Both the position numbers and the translations under genes were made by a program. The notes under the pieces were generated by a model. That model did not search any database. It was given only the letters and a program-made list of their open reading frames with translations, and had not been told where the DNA came from. From assembly GCA_964467585.1 (NCBI GenBank), contig CAYXRF010000011.1, forward strand, positions 1,645-65,644: a DNA stretch of 64,000 bases. Reading direction: 5' to 3'. This DNA is from an uncultured Oscillospiraceae bacterium. GTDB taxonomy: Bacteria; Bacillota; Clostridia; Christensenellales; CAG-138. This document shows positions 18,825 to 29,618 of this stretch, in pieces. Numbering within the stretch: position 1 is the stretch's first letter; each line of letters opens with the position of its first letter.

Positions 18825-21143
18825 TTATTCCTCCAGCTTCATTGGCGTATACGCGGCAGCAAGACGCTTCACGCCATACTGTTCAAAATCAACCGTAACA
18901 ATCGCGGAGTTGCCGATGCCCGCCACATCCGTAACCACGCCTCTGCCAAACATTGAATGAATAACAATCTGCATTTTTTTGTAAGAGGTACCCACAATAG
19001 TTCGCGCAGGCGCAGGGGAGGACGATGAAGCCGTGGCTTTTGAACCAAATCCGCCGGCAGGCGAACCCGATTTTGAGCCGACGGTCGAGTTAGAGCCATA
19101 CGTTGGCTTTGACTTATTTGTCTGGGTGCTGTTTGAAGAAAAACCTGAGCGCTTTTCGCCAAACCCGAAGCCCGAATCAGAGCGAGAAGTATTACTTTGA
19201 TATTGTGAGCCTGAATTACCGGTGAAATCATCATCGCAAGACGTGATGAGCCCCATTTCATCCAAAAAACGTGAAGGCATATTGTTGCTTCGCGCTCCAT
19301 ACAGCATTCGGCTGCGTGAGTTCAACAGATACAGCTTTTCACGCGCACGGGTTATTCCAACGTAGCAAAGGCGTCGCTCCTCCTCCATGCGCGTTTCATC
19401 GTCACGCGATTTCGATGACGGAAATATGTTTTCTTCCATGCCGGGCATAAACACTATTGGAAACTCAAGCCCCTTTGCACAATGCAGAGTCATCAGCTTA
19501 ACGGCGCCGTCGTCTTCTGATATGTCATCAGACGAAGAAAGCAGGGCGGCGTTTTCAAGAAAAGAATCCAGCGGGTCAACGCCCTCCTCAATGCCCTCCA
19601 TATGCTCACGCATCGCACCAATCAGCTCTTCAATGTTTTGCACACGGGTTTCAAGCAGACCATCCTGTTGTTCGGAAATATGTTCAATATAGCCTATGCG
19701 CTCAATTATATCCTGTAAAAGTGCGTCCAAGGGAAGCTCCCGTCTGGCGACAAAAAGGTCTGTCATTACGTTGGTAAACGCAGCAAGCTTATTGACCATT
19801 CTGGGAGGGAGATACTCACTTTGCGTTGCGGCAGTAAACAAAGAGACGTCTCGCTCCGCCGCAATTGACGCAAGCTCTTTTACGGTGGTGTCGCCAATAT
19901 TGCGTTTAGGGACGTTGACAATTCGCTTGAACGAAACATCATCGCTTGTGTTGGCAATCAAACGGAGATAGGCAATCAAGTCCTTAATCTCTTTGTATTC
20001 GTAAAATCGTGTTCCGCCAATGAGCGAAACAGGTATGCGAAATGATTGCTGAAGCACGGACTCAATGACTCTGCTTTGCGAATGGGTGCGATATAGTACG
20101 GCAAAATCGTTGTAGCTTCGTCCGCGCCTGTGAAGATTTGATACAGTCATGCCGATAGTATACGCCTCCTCACGTTCGGTATCCACAGTGACAAGCTCAA
20201 CGCGTTCACCGCCAATGCGGTCAGTCCAGAGCGACTTGACTTTTCGTCCTGTATTGTGACATATAACCTTATTTGCAGCATCGAGTATCGGCTTGGACGA
20301 GCGATAATTTTGCTCCAATCGGATAACGGCTGCGCCCTCAAAGTCCTTTTCGAAATCAAGAATATTACGAACGTCCGCACCACGCCATCCATAAATTGAC
20401 TGATCATCATCGCCTACCACGCAGATGTTGCGATGCTGCGCACTGATAAGACGTACAATGTTGTATTGTATGCTGTTTGTGTCCTGATACTCGTCAACAA
20501 GAACATAGGAGAATCTGCGCTGATACTTCTCCAATACATCGGGACACTTGTTAAACAGCTCAACCGTTTTAAGCAGAAGATCGTCAAAGTCGAGAGCGTT
20601 GGCAGCTGCAAGACGTTTTTGATATGCGCGATAAATATCAACGGTTTTTCCGCTTTGATCTCCAACCTCAAACAAATAGCTCTCAGGATTATCCGATGAA
20701 TTTTTTGCTTCACTTATGATCGAACGGATATACCCCTTTGAAAGCTGTTTGTCGTCAATTCCGTATTGCTTGATTATGTCGGCAATGATTGTCGATTGGT
20801 CGGTATCGTCATAAATGGTGAACTGCGAGGTATAGCCAAGCCTTGCAATATCAAAACGTAAAAGCTTGGCACAGAAAGAGTGAAATGTGGTTACCCACAT
20901 ATCCTTTGCGGGGATACCGCTAAGCTTTTCGGTTCGCTCACGCATTTCCGCCGCAGCCTTGTTGGTAAAAGTCAGCGCAAGTATCTGCCAAGGGCGAACG
21001 CCATGGTTTTCAATAAGATTGGCTATTCGATATGTCAGCACCCGCGTTTTGCCGCTGCCTGCGCCTGCAAGAACAAGCAAAGGACCATCGGTATGCAGAA
21101 CGGCTTCACGCTGCGGTGCGTTTAGTACGCTTAAATCAATCAT
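18825..21143 (-). CDS. pcrA: ATP-dependent DNA helicase PcrA/UvrD family
   Basis: 772 aa. Walker A AGAGSGKT, motif II VDEYQDT, TLHCAKGLEF, YVGITRA. It has a Ser/Gly-rich linker before the C-terminal Tudor-like tail. The pcrA-ligA adjacency matches Bacillus. Confidence 0.92.
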   Translation of the reverse strand: MIDLSVLNAPQREAVLHTDGPLLVLAGAGSGKTRVLTYRIANLIENHGVRPWQILALTFTNKAAAEMRERTEKLSGIPAKDMWVTTFHSFCAKLLRFDIARLGYTSQFTIYDDTDQSTIIADIIKQYGIDDKQLSKGYIRSIISEAKNSSDNPESYLFEVGDQSGKTVDIYRAYQKRLAAANALDFDDLLLKTVELFNKCPDVLEKYQRRFSYVLVDEYQDTNSIQYNIVRLISAQHRNICVVGDDDQSIYGWRGADVRNILDFEKDFEGAAVIRLEQNYRSSKPILDAANKVICHNTGRKVKSLWTDRIGGERVELVTVDTEREEAYTIGMTVSNLHRRGRSYNDFAVLYRTHSQSRVIESVLQQSFRIPVSLIGGTRFYEYKEIKDLIAYLRLIANTSDDVSFKRIVNVPKRNIGDTTVKELASIAAERDVSLFTAATQSEYLPPRMVNKLAAFTNVMTDLFVARRELPLDALLQDIIERIGYIEHISEQQDGLLETRVQNIEELIGAMREHMEGIEEGVDPLDSFLENAALLSSSDDISEDDGAVKLMTLHCAKGLEFPIVFMPGMEENIFPSSKSRDDETRMEEERRLCYVGITRAREKLYLLNSRSRMLYGARSNNMPSRFLDEMGLITSCDDDFTGNSGSQYQSNTSRSDSGFGFGEKRSGFSSNSTQTNKSKPTYGSNSTVGSKSGSPAGGFGSKATASSSSPAPARTIVGTSYKKMQIVIHSMFGRGVVTDVAGIGNSAIVTVDFEQYGVKRLAAAYTPMKLEE

Positions 21144-22008
21144 TCAGGAAAAAGTCGGCAAGATTTGCCTTAGGATCAGCCACGGTTTCAATAACAGGTT
21201 CGCGGGAGGTAATAAGGCATGTGACGCCGGGACCGTGACCCGCAAGGATGCAATCACTGTGAATCACAACTCCTATGGTTATAGCTCCGCCCAAGTAACC
21301 GCGTCCGTATGTGTTATCACAGTTGTCAAGCGCGACTATATCGCCATAACGCAGCTTATCAAGCCCAAGACGCAGAATTTCTTTACGGTCTGCCGTCATA
21401 ATATCATAATCACCGCGGAATGCGCTTGCGGCGCCGATACCGCTTCCCATTAGATATGCGGGAACATGAGCGGTTACAGGAACAACAAGCTTGCCGTCTT
21501 GTACCGATATTCCCATTCGCTCAAACAGAACAGGGGATGTGTTCATTATGGAGACAGAGTCTTCAAAACCGTCAATCCTCATACCCTGACCCTGTGCGCG
21601 GATCTGAATCCTGTCACCGATCGCCATTTTATCAAGCGCATCATCGGCAAAATACAAAAGCACATGCTCGATGCCGCCGTGAGTGCCGGTAACAAAGCCT
21701 TCTGCACCCTTGGCGTCGCCCGAAACGACAATTGCTCTGTTTCCGATGCAACAGAGTGTATTAAGAGCAACGTTTTCTTTTTCATCATCGTTTTTGATGG
21801 ACACGCCCGGCTCAACATGATCACATTCCATGCCATATACGCTGTCGCCGATCTTTACATTATAGGTAATAGCTCCTGTGCCGGGGAGCACGCGGGGAAT
21901 ACCGGTAACCGTATCAATTCTGTAATGGTTGGCAGCCATCGCGGGATGATGAATATGTCCCATAACGCTCTGCATGACAAGACGTTCTGCGTTAATACTT
22001 GCCTTCAT
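21136..22008 (-). CDS. Conserved hypothetical protein (DUF4438-like, recalled from memory)
   Basis: 290-aa ORF with a GGAGG RBS. Its stop overlaps the pcrA start by 8 nt. No catalytic motif was recognised. The family name is a recollection and was not searched. Confidence 0.65.
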   Translation of the reverse strand: MKASINAERLVMQSVMGHIHHPAMAANHYRIDTVTGIPRVLPGTGAITYNVKIGDSVYGMECDHVEPGVSIKNDDEKENVALNTLCCIGNRAIVVSGDAKGAEGFVTGTHGGIEHVLLYFADDALDKMAIGDRIQIRAQGQGMRIDGFEDSVSIMNTSPVLFERMGISVQDGKLVVPVTAHVPAYLMGSGIGAASAFRGDYDIMTADRKEILRLGLDKLRYGDIVALDNCDNTYGRGYLGGAITIGVVIHSDCILAGHGPGVTCLITSREPVIETVADPKANLADFFLND

Positions 22009-22021
22009 AAAAGAACCTCCA

Positions 22022-23197
22022 TTATTTTGTCAGAAGTTTTACACTGCTTTCAAGCCGCTCAAGCGCATTGAGAAGCAGCGGGGTAGGAAGCGCAAGATTC
22101 CATCTCTCATATCCGCCTCCGTTTGTTCCGAAAATATAGCCCTCATCCAATGCGAGCTTCGCCTGCTTAAGCATGAACGCCTCAAGCGCACTGTCGTCAA
22201 GATTAAGCGATCGCATATCTACCCAAGCAAGGTAAGTACCCTGCGCTTTTGTAACACGGAGCATCGGAAGACGACTTTTAACAAAAGAATACATCAGATT
22301 GAAATTGACGTCAATTACCCCGATGAGCGAATCCAACCATTCAGCGCCGCTTGTATACGCGGCAATGGTCGCCGCTCTTGCAAAAAATGGAACACATCCG
22401 CTTGATTCAATATGAGCCTGATGCGCAAACCGCTTGCGAATCGACTCGTTCGGTATGTAAATATTTGAACAGGAAAGCCCTGCCAGATTGAACGTTTTGC
22501 TAATCGCAGTGCAGACGATGCAATTATCCAATGCGCCCGAAACATTTGCAAACACGGTATGAACATTGTTGGGCAATATCAGATCATTGTGAATCTCATC
22601 ACTAACGACAACAACGCCGTTATCGCGGCAGATTTGCGCAACGCGGGAAAGCTCCTCAAGACTCCACACTCGCCCAACGGGATTATGAGGGCTGCATAAG
22701 AGCATCAGTTTAACGTTCGGACGTGCGCATTTCTCAGCAAAATCATCAAAATCAATGTAATAGTTGCCATCGCGGCACAGCAAGGGATTTTCAACGAGGG
22801 TTCTCCCGTTGTCAACTATACTCGACTTGAACGGGGGATACACGGGAGGCTGAATTATTACGCCGTCGCCTATGTCGGTTAAGGCACGAACGGCAGTTCC
22901 GAGAGCGGGAACAACGCCGTTTGTGGTAACGAGCCACTCGGGAAGAATGTCCCAACTGTGACGGCTGTGCTGCCACGAACGCGCTGCTTCAAAATAAGCT
23001 CCGTCCGCATAGGTGTAGCCGTATATGCCGCGCTGGGCAGCCATTTTAATGGCTTCGGTTATGACAGGAGCGGTTCTAAATTCCATATCAGCAATCGTTA
23101 AAGGTACAAATCCCGAGCCTTTTACAGGCTCGGGTGCAAAATCAATTTTTATGGCGCCGGTATCACACCGATCAACCACGCTTTGAAAGTCAAACAT
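22022..23197 (-). CDS. PLP-dependent C-S lyase / aminotransferase (MalY/PatB-like)
   Basis: Starts MFDFQSVVDRCDTGAIKIDF, the characteristic PatB/MalY N-terminus. PLP lysine context AISKTFNLAGL. The ATG at 23197 overlaps the iorB stop. The longest ORF extends to 23332. Confidence 0.8.
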   Translation of the reverse strand: MFDFQSVVDRCDTGAIKIDFAPEPVKGSGFVPLTIADMEFRTAPVITEAIKMAAQRGIYGYTYADGAYFEAARSWQHSRHSWDILPEWLVTTNGVVPALGTAVRALTDIGDGVIIQPPVYPPFKSSIVDNGRTLVENPLLCRDGNYYIDFDDFAEKCARPNVKLMLLCSPHNPVGRVWSLEELSRVAQICRDNGVVVVSDEIHNDLILPNNVHTVFANVSGALDNCIVCTAISKTFNLAGLSCSNIYIPNESIRKRFAHQAHIESSGCVPFFARAATIAAYTSGAEWLDSLIGVIDVNFNLMYSFVKSRLPMLRVTKAQGTYLAWVDMRSLNLDDSALEAFMLKQAKLALDEGYIFGTNGGGYERWNLALPTPLLLNALERLESSVKLLTK

Positions 23198-23768
23198 ATA
23201 AGTAATTATAACCTCTGTAAAACGCCTCAATATTAACGTTGAGGAACTTAGGCTTGACGCATTGCTCAATTGCCTTGATCCATTCCTCAGAGCGGAAAGG
23301 CATGGTTTTTGCAAGAACACCGAGGAGTACAACGTTTGAAGCCTTGTATGTGCCGCATTCGTGAGCTATCTCAACGGCATTAAGCTCAACGGTTTTGCAG
23401 ACGCCGCGAACACGTTCAAGACAATCATCAGGATACTTTGCCGTTCCCGTAATAACCGGCATAGGCAATATCTGCTGAGTATTGATTATCATAGTGCCAT
23501 CGGGCTTCATATATGGAGTGGCGCGAAGCGCTTCCAAATCCTCAAATGCAAGAACGACGTCGGCCTGCCCCTGCTCAACAATAGATGAGTAGAGCGGAGC
23601 ATCGTTGCTCATGCGAACATACGTTACAACACTGCCGCCGCGCTGACTCATACCATGAACCTCGCTGACGCGAACATCATAGCCGTTGTTCACACCAAGC
23701 TGTCCAAGTATCTTACTGGCAAGGAGCGTACCCTGTCCGCCCACGCCTACTATAACGATGTTGAACAT
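23190..23768 (-). CDS. iorB: Indolepyruvate ferredoxin oxidoreductase subunit beta
   Basis: 192 aa. Starts MFNIVIVGVGGQGTLLASKILG... with HGMSQRGGSV, typical of IorB / 2-oxoacid:ferredoxin oxidoreductase gamma-type subunits. It follows iorA directly. Confidence 0.85.
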   Translation of the reverse strand: MFNIVIVGVGGQGTLLASKILGQLGVNNGYDVRVSEVHGMSQRGGSVVTYVRMSNDAPLYSSIVEQGQADVVLAFEDLEALRATPYMKPDGTMIINTQQILPMPVITGTAKYPDDCLERVRGVCKTVELNAVEIAHECGTYKASNVVLLGVLAKTMPFRSEEWIKAIEQCVKPKFLNVNIEAFYRGYNYLYV

Positions 23769-23783
23769 AAATACCTCCTTTTC

Positions 23784-25508
23784 TTACTCGACGCCAAGGG
23801 CGCCGAAGTGACAAAGCTGACCGCACAAACCACAGCCAACGCACTGGGTCTGATCGATGTTAATGCCATTTTCGGTTTTGATAATGGCGGGACAGCCAAT
23901 CCTCATGCACATACCGCAGTTGCGGCACTTGTCCGTTTTGCACACATAGGGCGGATTAGTCTGCTTAACAATAAGTGCGCAAGGACGGCGTGAAATTATC
24001 ACAGAAAGAGCATCGCGTGCAACCTCCTCACGGATAACCGCTTCAAGCTCATTGAGGTTGAAAGGATCTACAACGCGCACGCTTGCAACGCCCATTGCTT
24101 CGCACAGCTTAACAATATCAAGCTGTGTTGTCGGTTCGCCATGAATATCAAACCCATTGGCAGGATTGTTCTGATGACCTGTCATGCCGGTGATGGAGTT
24201 GTCGGCAATAATTACCGTGCCGACGGAACGATTGTATGCCATATTTAGCAATCCGGTCATACCGCTGTGACAGAAGGTTGAATCGCCAAGCACGGCAACA
24301 GTGTGCTTTGCCTGCTCGGCGCCGCGCGCTTTCTCCATGCCGTGCGCCATTCCTATTGAAGCGCCCATGCATACGCAGGTGTCAACACCGTTAAGCGGCG
24401 GAAGTACGCCGAGAGTGTAGCAGCCGATATCTGAGCAGACGGTGAGCTTAAGCTTGCCAAGCACATAATAAAGGCCACGATGCGGACAACCCGGGCAGAG
24501 AACCGGCGGACGATTCGGAATGCCATGAGCGGGTGACGTCGCTTCCGCGGGAGCACCGTTGAACTTTTGCTCAATCTTGTGCATGAAAAGCTCACCCTGA
24601 AGCCCTGTTTTATCCTTGCCGGAGCAGGCAATGCCCCATGATTTTATAGTGTCTTCATAGAACGGCTCCATGTCCTCGATTACATAGAGAGTTTCAACCT
24701 CAGCTGCAAAATCCTCAATAAGCTTGCGGGGAAGGGGATAGGCAAGACCAAGCTTCAGAACAGAAGCGGAAGGCATTGCCTCCTTAACATAATTGTAAGC
24801 GGCTCCGGATGTGATAACGCCAATCTTGTGTGAAGCCCACTCAATGCGGTTTACGGGAAGCTCGTTTGCGTCATCCGCAAGCCTTATTTCACGCTGTTCA
24901 ACCACAATGTGACGCCCGATCATATTTGCGGGCATTGAGACATACTTGCGGACGTCTTTTTTATACTCGCGTGTTTCGGGCACAACCCGCTCATCAAGCT
25001 CAACAAGCGTGCGTGCGTGAGCAATGCGTGTGGTAATGCGCAATATCACGGGCGTGTCGTACTTCTCGCTTATTTCAAAAGCAAGCTTCATGAAGTCTTT
25101 ACATTCCTGACTGTTGGAAGGATCAAGACACGGAGCGTGCGACGCCCTTGCCATAAGTCGGGTATCCTGCTCATTCTGTGATGAATGCATACCGGGATCA
25201 TCCGCAACTACCACGACCATACCTGCGTTGATCCCTGTGTAGGTTGCGGTGAAGAAAGGGTCGGCGGCGACATTCAACCCAACGTGCTTCATGCACGCCA
25301 TGCTGCGAACACCGCTGACAGCCGCGCCAAGCGCGACTTCAACCGCAACTTTTTCGTTGGGCGCCCATTCGGAGTAAATCTCCTTATAGGTGGCTATGGT
25401 TTCGTTAATCTCCGTGCTGGGGGTGCCTGGGTAAGCGCTTGACACAAGAACGCCTGCTTCGTATGCGCCCCTTGCAATGGCCTCATTGCCGAGCAAAAGC
25501 TGTTTCAA
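23784..25508 (-). CDS. iorA: Indolepyruvate ferredoxin oxidoreductase subunit alpha
   Basis: 574 aa. TPP-binding region (GDSTFCHSG) and two C-terminal 4Fe-4S motifs, CRNCGMCMRIGCP and CVGCGLCGQLC. Confidence 0.9.
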   Translation of the reverse strand: MKQLLLGNEAIARGAYEAGVLVSSAYPGTPSTEINETIATYKEIYSEWAPNEKVAVEVALGAAVSGVRSMACMKHVGLNVAADPFFTATYTGINAGMVVVVADDPGMHSSQNEQDTRLMARASHAPCLDPSNSQECKDFMKLAFEISEKYDTPVILRITTRIAHARTLVELDERVVPETREYKKDVRKYVSMPANMIGRHIVVEQREIRLADDANELPVNRIEWASHKIGVITSGAAYNYVKEAMPSASVLKLGLAYPLPRKLIEDFAAEVETLYVIEDMEPFYEDTIKSWGIACSGKDKTGLQGELFMHKIEQKFNGAPAEATSPAHGIPNRPPVLCPGCPHRGLYYVLGKLKLTVCSDIGCYTLGVLPPLNGVDTCVCMGASIGMAHGMEKARGAEQAKHTVAVLGDSTFCHSGMTGLLNMAYNRSVGTVIIADNSITGMTGHQNNPANGFDIHGEPTTQLDIVKLCEAMGVASVRVVDPFNLNELEAVIREEVARDALSVIISRRPCALIVKQTNPPYVCKTDKCRNCGMCMRIGCPAIIKTENGINIDQTQCVGCGLCGQLCHFGALGVE

Positions 25509-25670
25509 GACTACGACCTCCTTTATATGAATGCTATTTATAACATGAAGTTAATAAACGTACCTCTATTATAAGATAACAATAGCCGCAAATACAGTAT
25601 ATTTCCTAATATATTTCAGCAAAACTGCAAATAATGAAACGAGATATTATTTGTTGTTCGGAGGCGTGCT

Positions 25671-27284
25671 ATGGGGACGGGAAACGGCATAAGAAATTTG
25701 CTGCGATTTGACGAGGGTTATTCGGAATATGAGCTGCTTGAAAGAGAAACAGGCAGTCCGTCGTATTTGGAAGGCTGGAATGACGTCTGCGCTCAAGGCG
25801 AAACAAGCAAAGAGGAGATTCCCGCAAGCGCGGATGAAACAGCCAAGCGTTTGGCGGAGGTGTTTCGCTCGGATATAAATAACGACATAATTCTCCGACG
25901 TTTTACGATTGGGCAGGGCAAGATATGCTTAATCGCATATATGAACGGCATGGCTGACGATACAAAGGTAAATGATTTTATCCTTCGTCCGCTTATGCAG
26001 GGAAGCGTGCCGCAAAGCGAAAACATCGGCATAAAATATCTGATTCAAAATTTCATTCAAATAAGTGAAGTAAAAACCGAAAAGGATCTTTCAATTGCAA
26101 GATTAGGTATAATGGACGGACTTACCGCACTGTTCGTCGATGGCGAAAATATGTGTGCGATGCTTGAAACGCATGGGTACGAAAAACGGTCAATCGGCAC
26201 AACGGAAAATGAAAAAGTTGTCAGAGGCCCTAAGGAAGGATTTACTGAAAGCCTTATAACAAACATTACGCTTGTCAGAAGAATACTGCATACCGATGAC
26301 CTTGTCGTTGAAACAAGGCTTGCGGGAGGGGACAATAATATCCGCATCGCGATAGTATATCGGGACGGCATAACAAACAGAACCTTGATTGACGAAGTCA
26401 AGCAGCGTCTCGCAAAGATTAACATACGAACAATAACAAGCAGCGGCACTCTTGAACAGCTTATTGAGGATAACAAATGGTCGCCTATACCACAGACGCT
26501 TTCAACAGAGCGCCCGGACAGAGCGTGCTCACACATTATGCAGGGAAGGGTATGTCTTATCGTTGAGGGCAGTCCGTTTGCACTGCTTATGCCGATAACA
26601 TTTTCAACACTTCTAAACAGTCCTGAGGATATTTATATGCGAAAGCCTCTCGGCACGGTTCTTCGTGTTGTCAGATATGTCGGTGCGTTCTTGTCAATAA
26701 TATTGCCCGGTTACTTTCTTTCGCTGGCATTGTATCATCAGGGGCTTCTTTCAACGGAGGTGTTAAGCACTGTTATAGCCTCACGTGAGATGGTTTTTGA
26801 GCCGATTGCAACAGAAATAATACTGCTGCTGCTCGTTTTTCAGCTTATACGTGAGGCGGGTATGCGCGTTCCCGGAAGCATAGGTCAGGCGATAGGCATA
26901 ATCGGAGGCTTGATACTTGGGCAGGCTGCTGTCGCGGCAAACCTGGCAAGCTCAGTCGTTTTGATAGTAGTCGCGCTGTCGGGGCTTGGCAATTTTTGTA
27001 TTCCGGATTATTCAACGCAGATTGCAGCATCATATTTCAGAATAGCGCTTGTGATTGCAGCATGGCTTGGCGGGCTGCTTGGAATGGCGGCTGCGATAAT
27101 GCTTATGGTTTGCTACCTTGCAAGCATGAAAAGCTTCGGAGTGCCATTCCTTGCGCCATTCTCGCCTAAAACCTACTCGAAACGACCTCTGATAATCAGA
27201 GGCAGCATAGGAATGCATCACAGAGCCGATGATTTTGTCAACGCGCATTGTGACACGCTTGAAAAGGAGAAAAGCAGTACATGA
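25671..27284 (+). CDS. Spore germinant receptor subunit A (GerA/GerKA family)
   Basis: 537 aa. Conserved GerA core (RSIGTTENEKVVRGPKEGFTESL, ERPDRA) with C-terminal TM helices. GGAGG RBS. Confidence 0.9.
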   Translation: MGTGNGIRNLLRFDEGYSEYELLERETGSPSYLEGWNDVCAQGETSKEEIPASADETAKRLAEVFRSDINNDIILRRFTIGQGKICLIAYMNGMADDTKVNDFILRPLMQGSVPQSENIGIKYLIQNFIQISEVKTEKDLSIARLGIMDGLTALFVDGENMCAMLETHGYEKRSIGTTENEKVVRGPKEGFTESLITNITLVRRILHTDDLVVETRLAGGDNNIRIAIVYRDGITNRTLIDEVKQRLAKINIRTITSSGTLEQLIEDNKWSPIPQTLSTERPDRACSHIMQGRVCLIVEGSPFALLMPITFSTLLNSPEDIYMRKPLGTVLRVVRYVGAFLSIILPGYFLSLALYHQGLLSTEVLSTVIASREMVFEPIATEIILLLLVFQLIREAGMRVPGSIGQAIGIIGGLILGQAAVAANLASSVVLIVVALSGLGNFCIPDYSTQIAASYFRIALVIAAWLGGLLGMAAAIMLMVCYLASMKSFGVPFLAPFSPKTYSKRPLIIRGSIGMHHRADDFVNAHCDTLEKEKSST

Positions 27285-28402
27285 AGCTTAAAGAGGGAAG
27301 AATCGGCATACAAGAGGGAATGTTCGCCGCCGCTGTTACGCTGTGCATGAACGGCATATTCTCAATCAATCCGGAATATGCCTACTCACAGGGAAACTCG
27401 ACCTATCTTTCGATCCCGCTTTCAATTTTGCTGTCCGCAGCGTTCTTTTTGGCAATTACGCTTTTGATGAAGCGAACGGGAACCAAGGCGCTGGATGAGC
27501 TTATGACTGTTACGGTCGGAAAAATCGGAGCAAAGGTGATGGCTGTTCCGCTTATTCTGGCGCTTCTTCTCTGCGCAGTAACGCCAATGATACAGTTTAT
27601 TGAGCTGATGCACGCCATGCTGTTCAGCAACTCAAGCTATGTTGCGATAATTGCATTTATTTTTCCGTCGATAGTGATAATTGCATGGCAGGGAATGGAG
27701 TCGATAGGAAGAATTGCCAAATGCTTCGGTGCTTTTTTGCTGTTAATGCTGATAGTAGCAATCGCAACCGCAATACCCACGTTTGAAACGTATAGGCTTT
27801 ACCCGATAATGGGTGACGGCGTCGCCCATTTTGCAGGATTTACAGCGTCTCAAACGCTTTCGTTCTTGCCGCCGCTGCTTGCGCTTTTGATTATCGGACG
27901 AAGTATGCAGGGTGTGGAGCACGCAAGACGCGCAGGATTGTATGCTGCGTTAACAGCAATCCTTGTCTGTGGAATAACACAATTTGCTTTATCCCTTGTT
28001 TACACATATCAAGGCTTGGCGGACAGCTTTGTTCCGCTTTACAAAATCAACACGCTAAATCTTTCGGAAAGCAGATTTTTAAGGCTTGATAAGTTATTTG
28101 CGATCGCATGGCTGAACGGATGTATGATATCAAGCGCATTTTGCATATATGCCGCTTCGCTGTTGTTTGCAAAAACCTTTTCACAAAGGGATGTTAATCC
28201 GTCTGTTGCGGCAATTTCCTGCATGGCGATTGGCGCTGCAATAGTCAAGCTGCGCAGCTCAGCCGCATCCGAAACAGCAGTTGAAGATGCTATTGTAAGA
28301 TACGGAGCGACACTTGCCGCCGCTCCTTTGGCGGTTGTCGCAATAATCGGACTTATTAAGAGAAAAAAGGAGAAACCGTTAAGTGAAAAGCAAACAAATT
28401 AA
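27281..28402 (+). CDS. Spore germinant receptor subunit B (GerAB/APC-like permease)
   Basis: 373 aa, polytopic with about 10 TM helices. ATGA overlap with the subunit A stop. Confidence 0.85.
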   Translation: MKLKEGRIGIQEGMFAAAVTLCMNGIFSINPEYAYSQGNSTYLSIPLSILLSAAFFLAITLLMKRTGTKALDELMTVTVGKIGAKVMAVPLILALLLCAVTPMIQFIELMHAMLFSNSSYVAIIAFIFPSIVIIAWQGMESIGRIAKCFGAFLLLMLIVAIATAIPTFETYRLYPIMGDGVAHFAGFTASQTLSFLPPLLALLIIGRSMQGVEHARRAGLYAALTAILVCGITQFALSLVYTYQGLADSFVPLYKINTLNLSESRFLRLDKLFAIAWLNGCMISSAFCIYAASLLFAKTFSQRDVNPSVAAISCMAIGAAIVKLRSSAASETAVEDAIVRYGATLAAAPLAVVAIIGLIKRKKEKPLSEKQTN

Positions 28403-29594
28403 GCTTGCGGCAATTATGCTTATCGGCGCTGTATTGACGATGCTGGGAGGCTGCCTTAACCCTGTGTCTCTTGACGACTATGGATATGTGGTATCAATAG
28501 GTGTGGACTCGGGAACGGCAAAAAAATACTATGTCACGCTTGCCCTGCAAAGAGCAAGCCTTACTCAGGGAAACGAGAAGGACGGGGGAGCGATACTGCT
28601 TGCAGCGGAGGGCGACAGCTTGGTTCAGGCGATAGACGCGATTGAAAGCAACGTATCGAACGCGCTCAATTTTACAAGAACAAATTTCATAATGTTCAGT
28701 CGTGAAGTTGCGCAGCGGGGTGATATAGAGGATTTTTTAAGCTTTTCATTTGATGAGATTAAGATGCGGAAGTCGGCGCTTGTTGTGATAACCGACCAAA
28801 CCGTTCATGAGTTTTTCGGGGGACTGAGCGCGAACAACAGCGCGAACATAACAAAGCTTCAGGCGTCGCTGCTTCGTGATCAAAAGGATACGGGAACAAT
28901 AATCATGACAAATGTCAGCGGCTTTTTTGAAGCATGCGTTGAAGGAAGATTTGATGTGTGCGCACCGCTTGGCTTTTATGACGCCGACATAATAACGGAT
29001 ATGCAGCAAAAAACATTGGAGGCGGAGGGCAAGGATCCGCTTTCTGACATAGAAACGGGCGACAGAGTCGGCGGACTTAAATCCGCAACGGCGGGTGTTG
29101 CACTTTTTGATGGATGGACAATGACAGGTGAGCTTAACGGCGAGGAGACTCAATTCCTTAATATTATAAAGGGAGATTATGAAAATGGGGATTTTGTTCT
29201 TGTCGCCGACGATGGGTCTCAGGTGGTAATACTTGCAAAGCTGGAGACATATTCACGGAACGTTCGTTCTGATACCATTTACTCCGATGATATATGTGTA
29301 GACGTCAAAATCGTGTTGACGATAAGTGTGCTTCAATACAACGGAGAGATGTCATATGACGAGCTGTCGGAATGGGTGTCGAAAGAAACCATTCAATATA
29401 TGACTGAAAACCTTGATTATGTGCTTAATAAATGCAAAGAATGCCAATGCGACGCGGCTATGTTCGGCACAACGATATCAAAGTGCTTTTCAAGCGTTGA
29501 CAGTTGGCAAAACTATGACTGGAAAGCACGATATCAGAACCTGTCGCCACAATACGATATTGAAATCATCGTAACGGACAAGATGCGTGACTGA
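28383..29594 (+). CDS. Spore germinant receptor subunit C lipoprotein (Ger(x)C family)
   Basis: 403 aa with lipobox TMLGGC followed by LDDYGYVVSIGVD, typical of GerAC-type proteins. GTG start overlaps the end of subunit B. Confidence 0.85.
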   Translation: MKSKQIKLAAIMLIGAVLTMLGGCLNPVSLDDYGYVVSIGVDSGTAKKYYVTLALQRASLTQGNEKDGGAILLAAEGDSLVQAIDAIESNVSNALNFTRTNFIMFSREVAQRGDIEDFLSFSFDEIKMRKSALVVITDQTVHEFFGGLSANNSANITKLQASLLRDQKDTGTIIMTNVSGFFEACVEGRFDVCAPLGFYDADIITDMQQKTLEAEGKDPLSDIETGDRVGGLKSATAGVALFDGWTMTGELNGEETQFLNIIKGDYENGDFVLVADDGSQVVILAKLETYSRNVRSDTIYSDDICVDVKIVLTISVLQYNGEMSYDELSEWVSKETIQYMTENLDYVLNKCKECQCDAAMFGTTISKCFSSVDSWQNYDWKARYQNLSPQYDIEIIVTDKMRD

Positions 29595-29618
29595 GACGAA
29601 ATAACGGAGAGAGATAAG

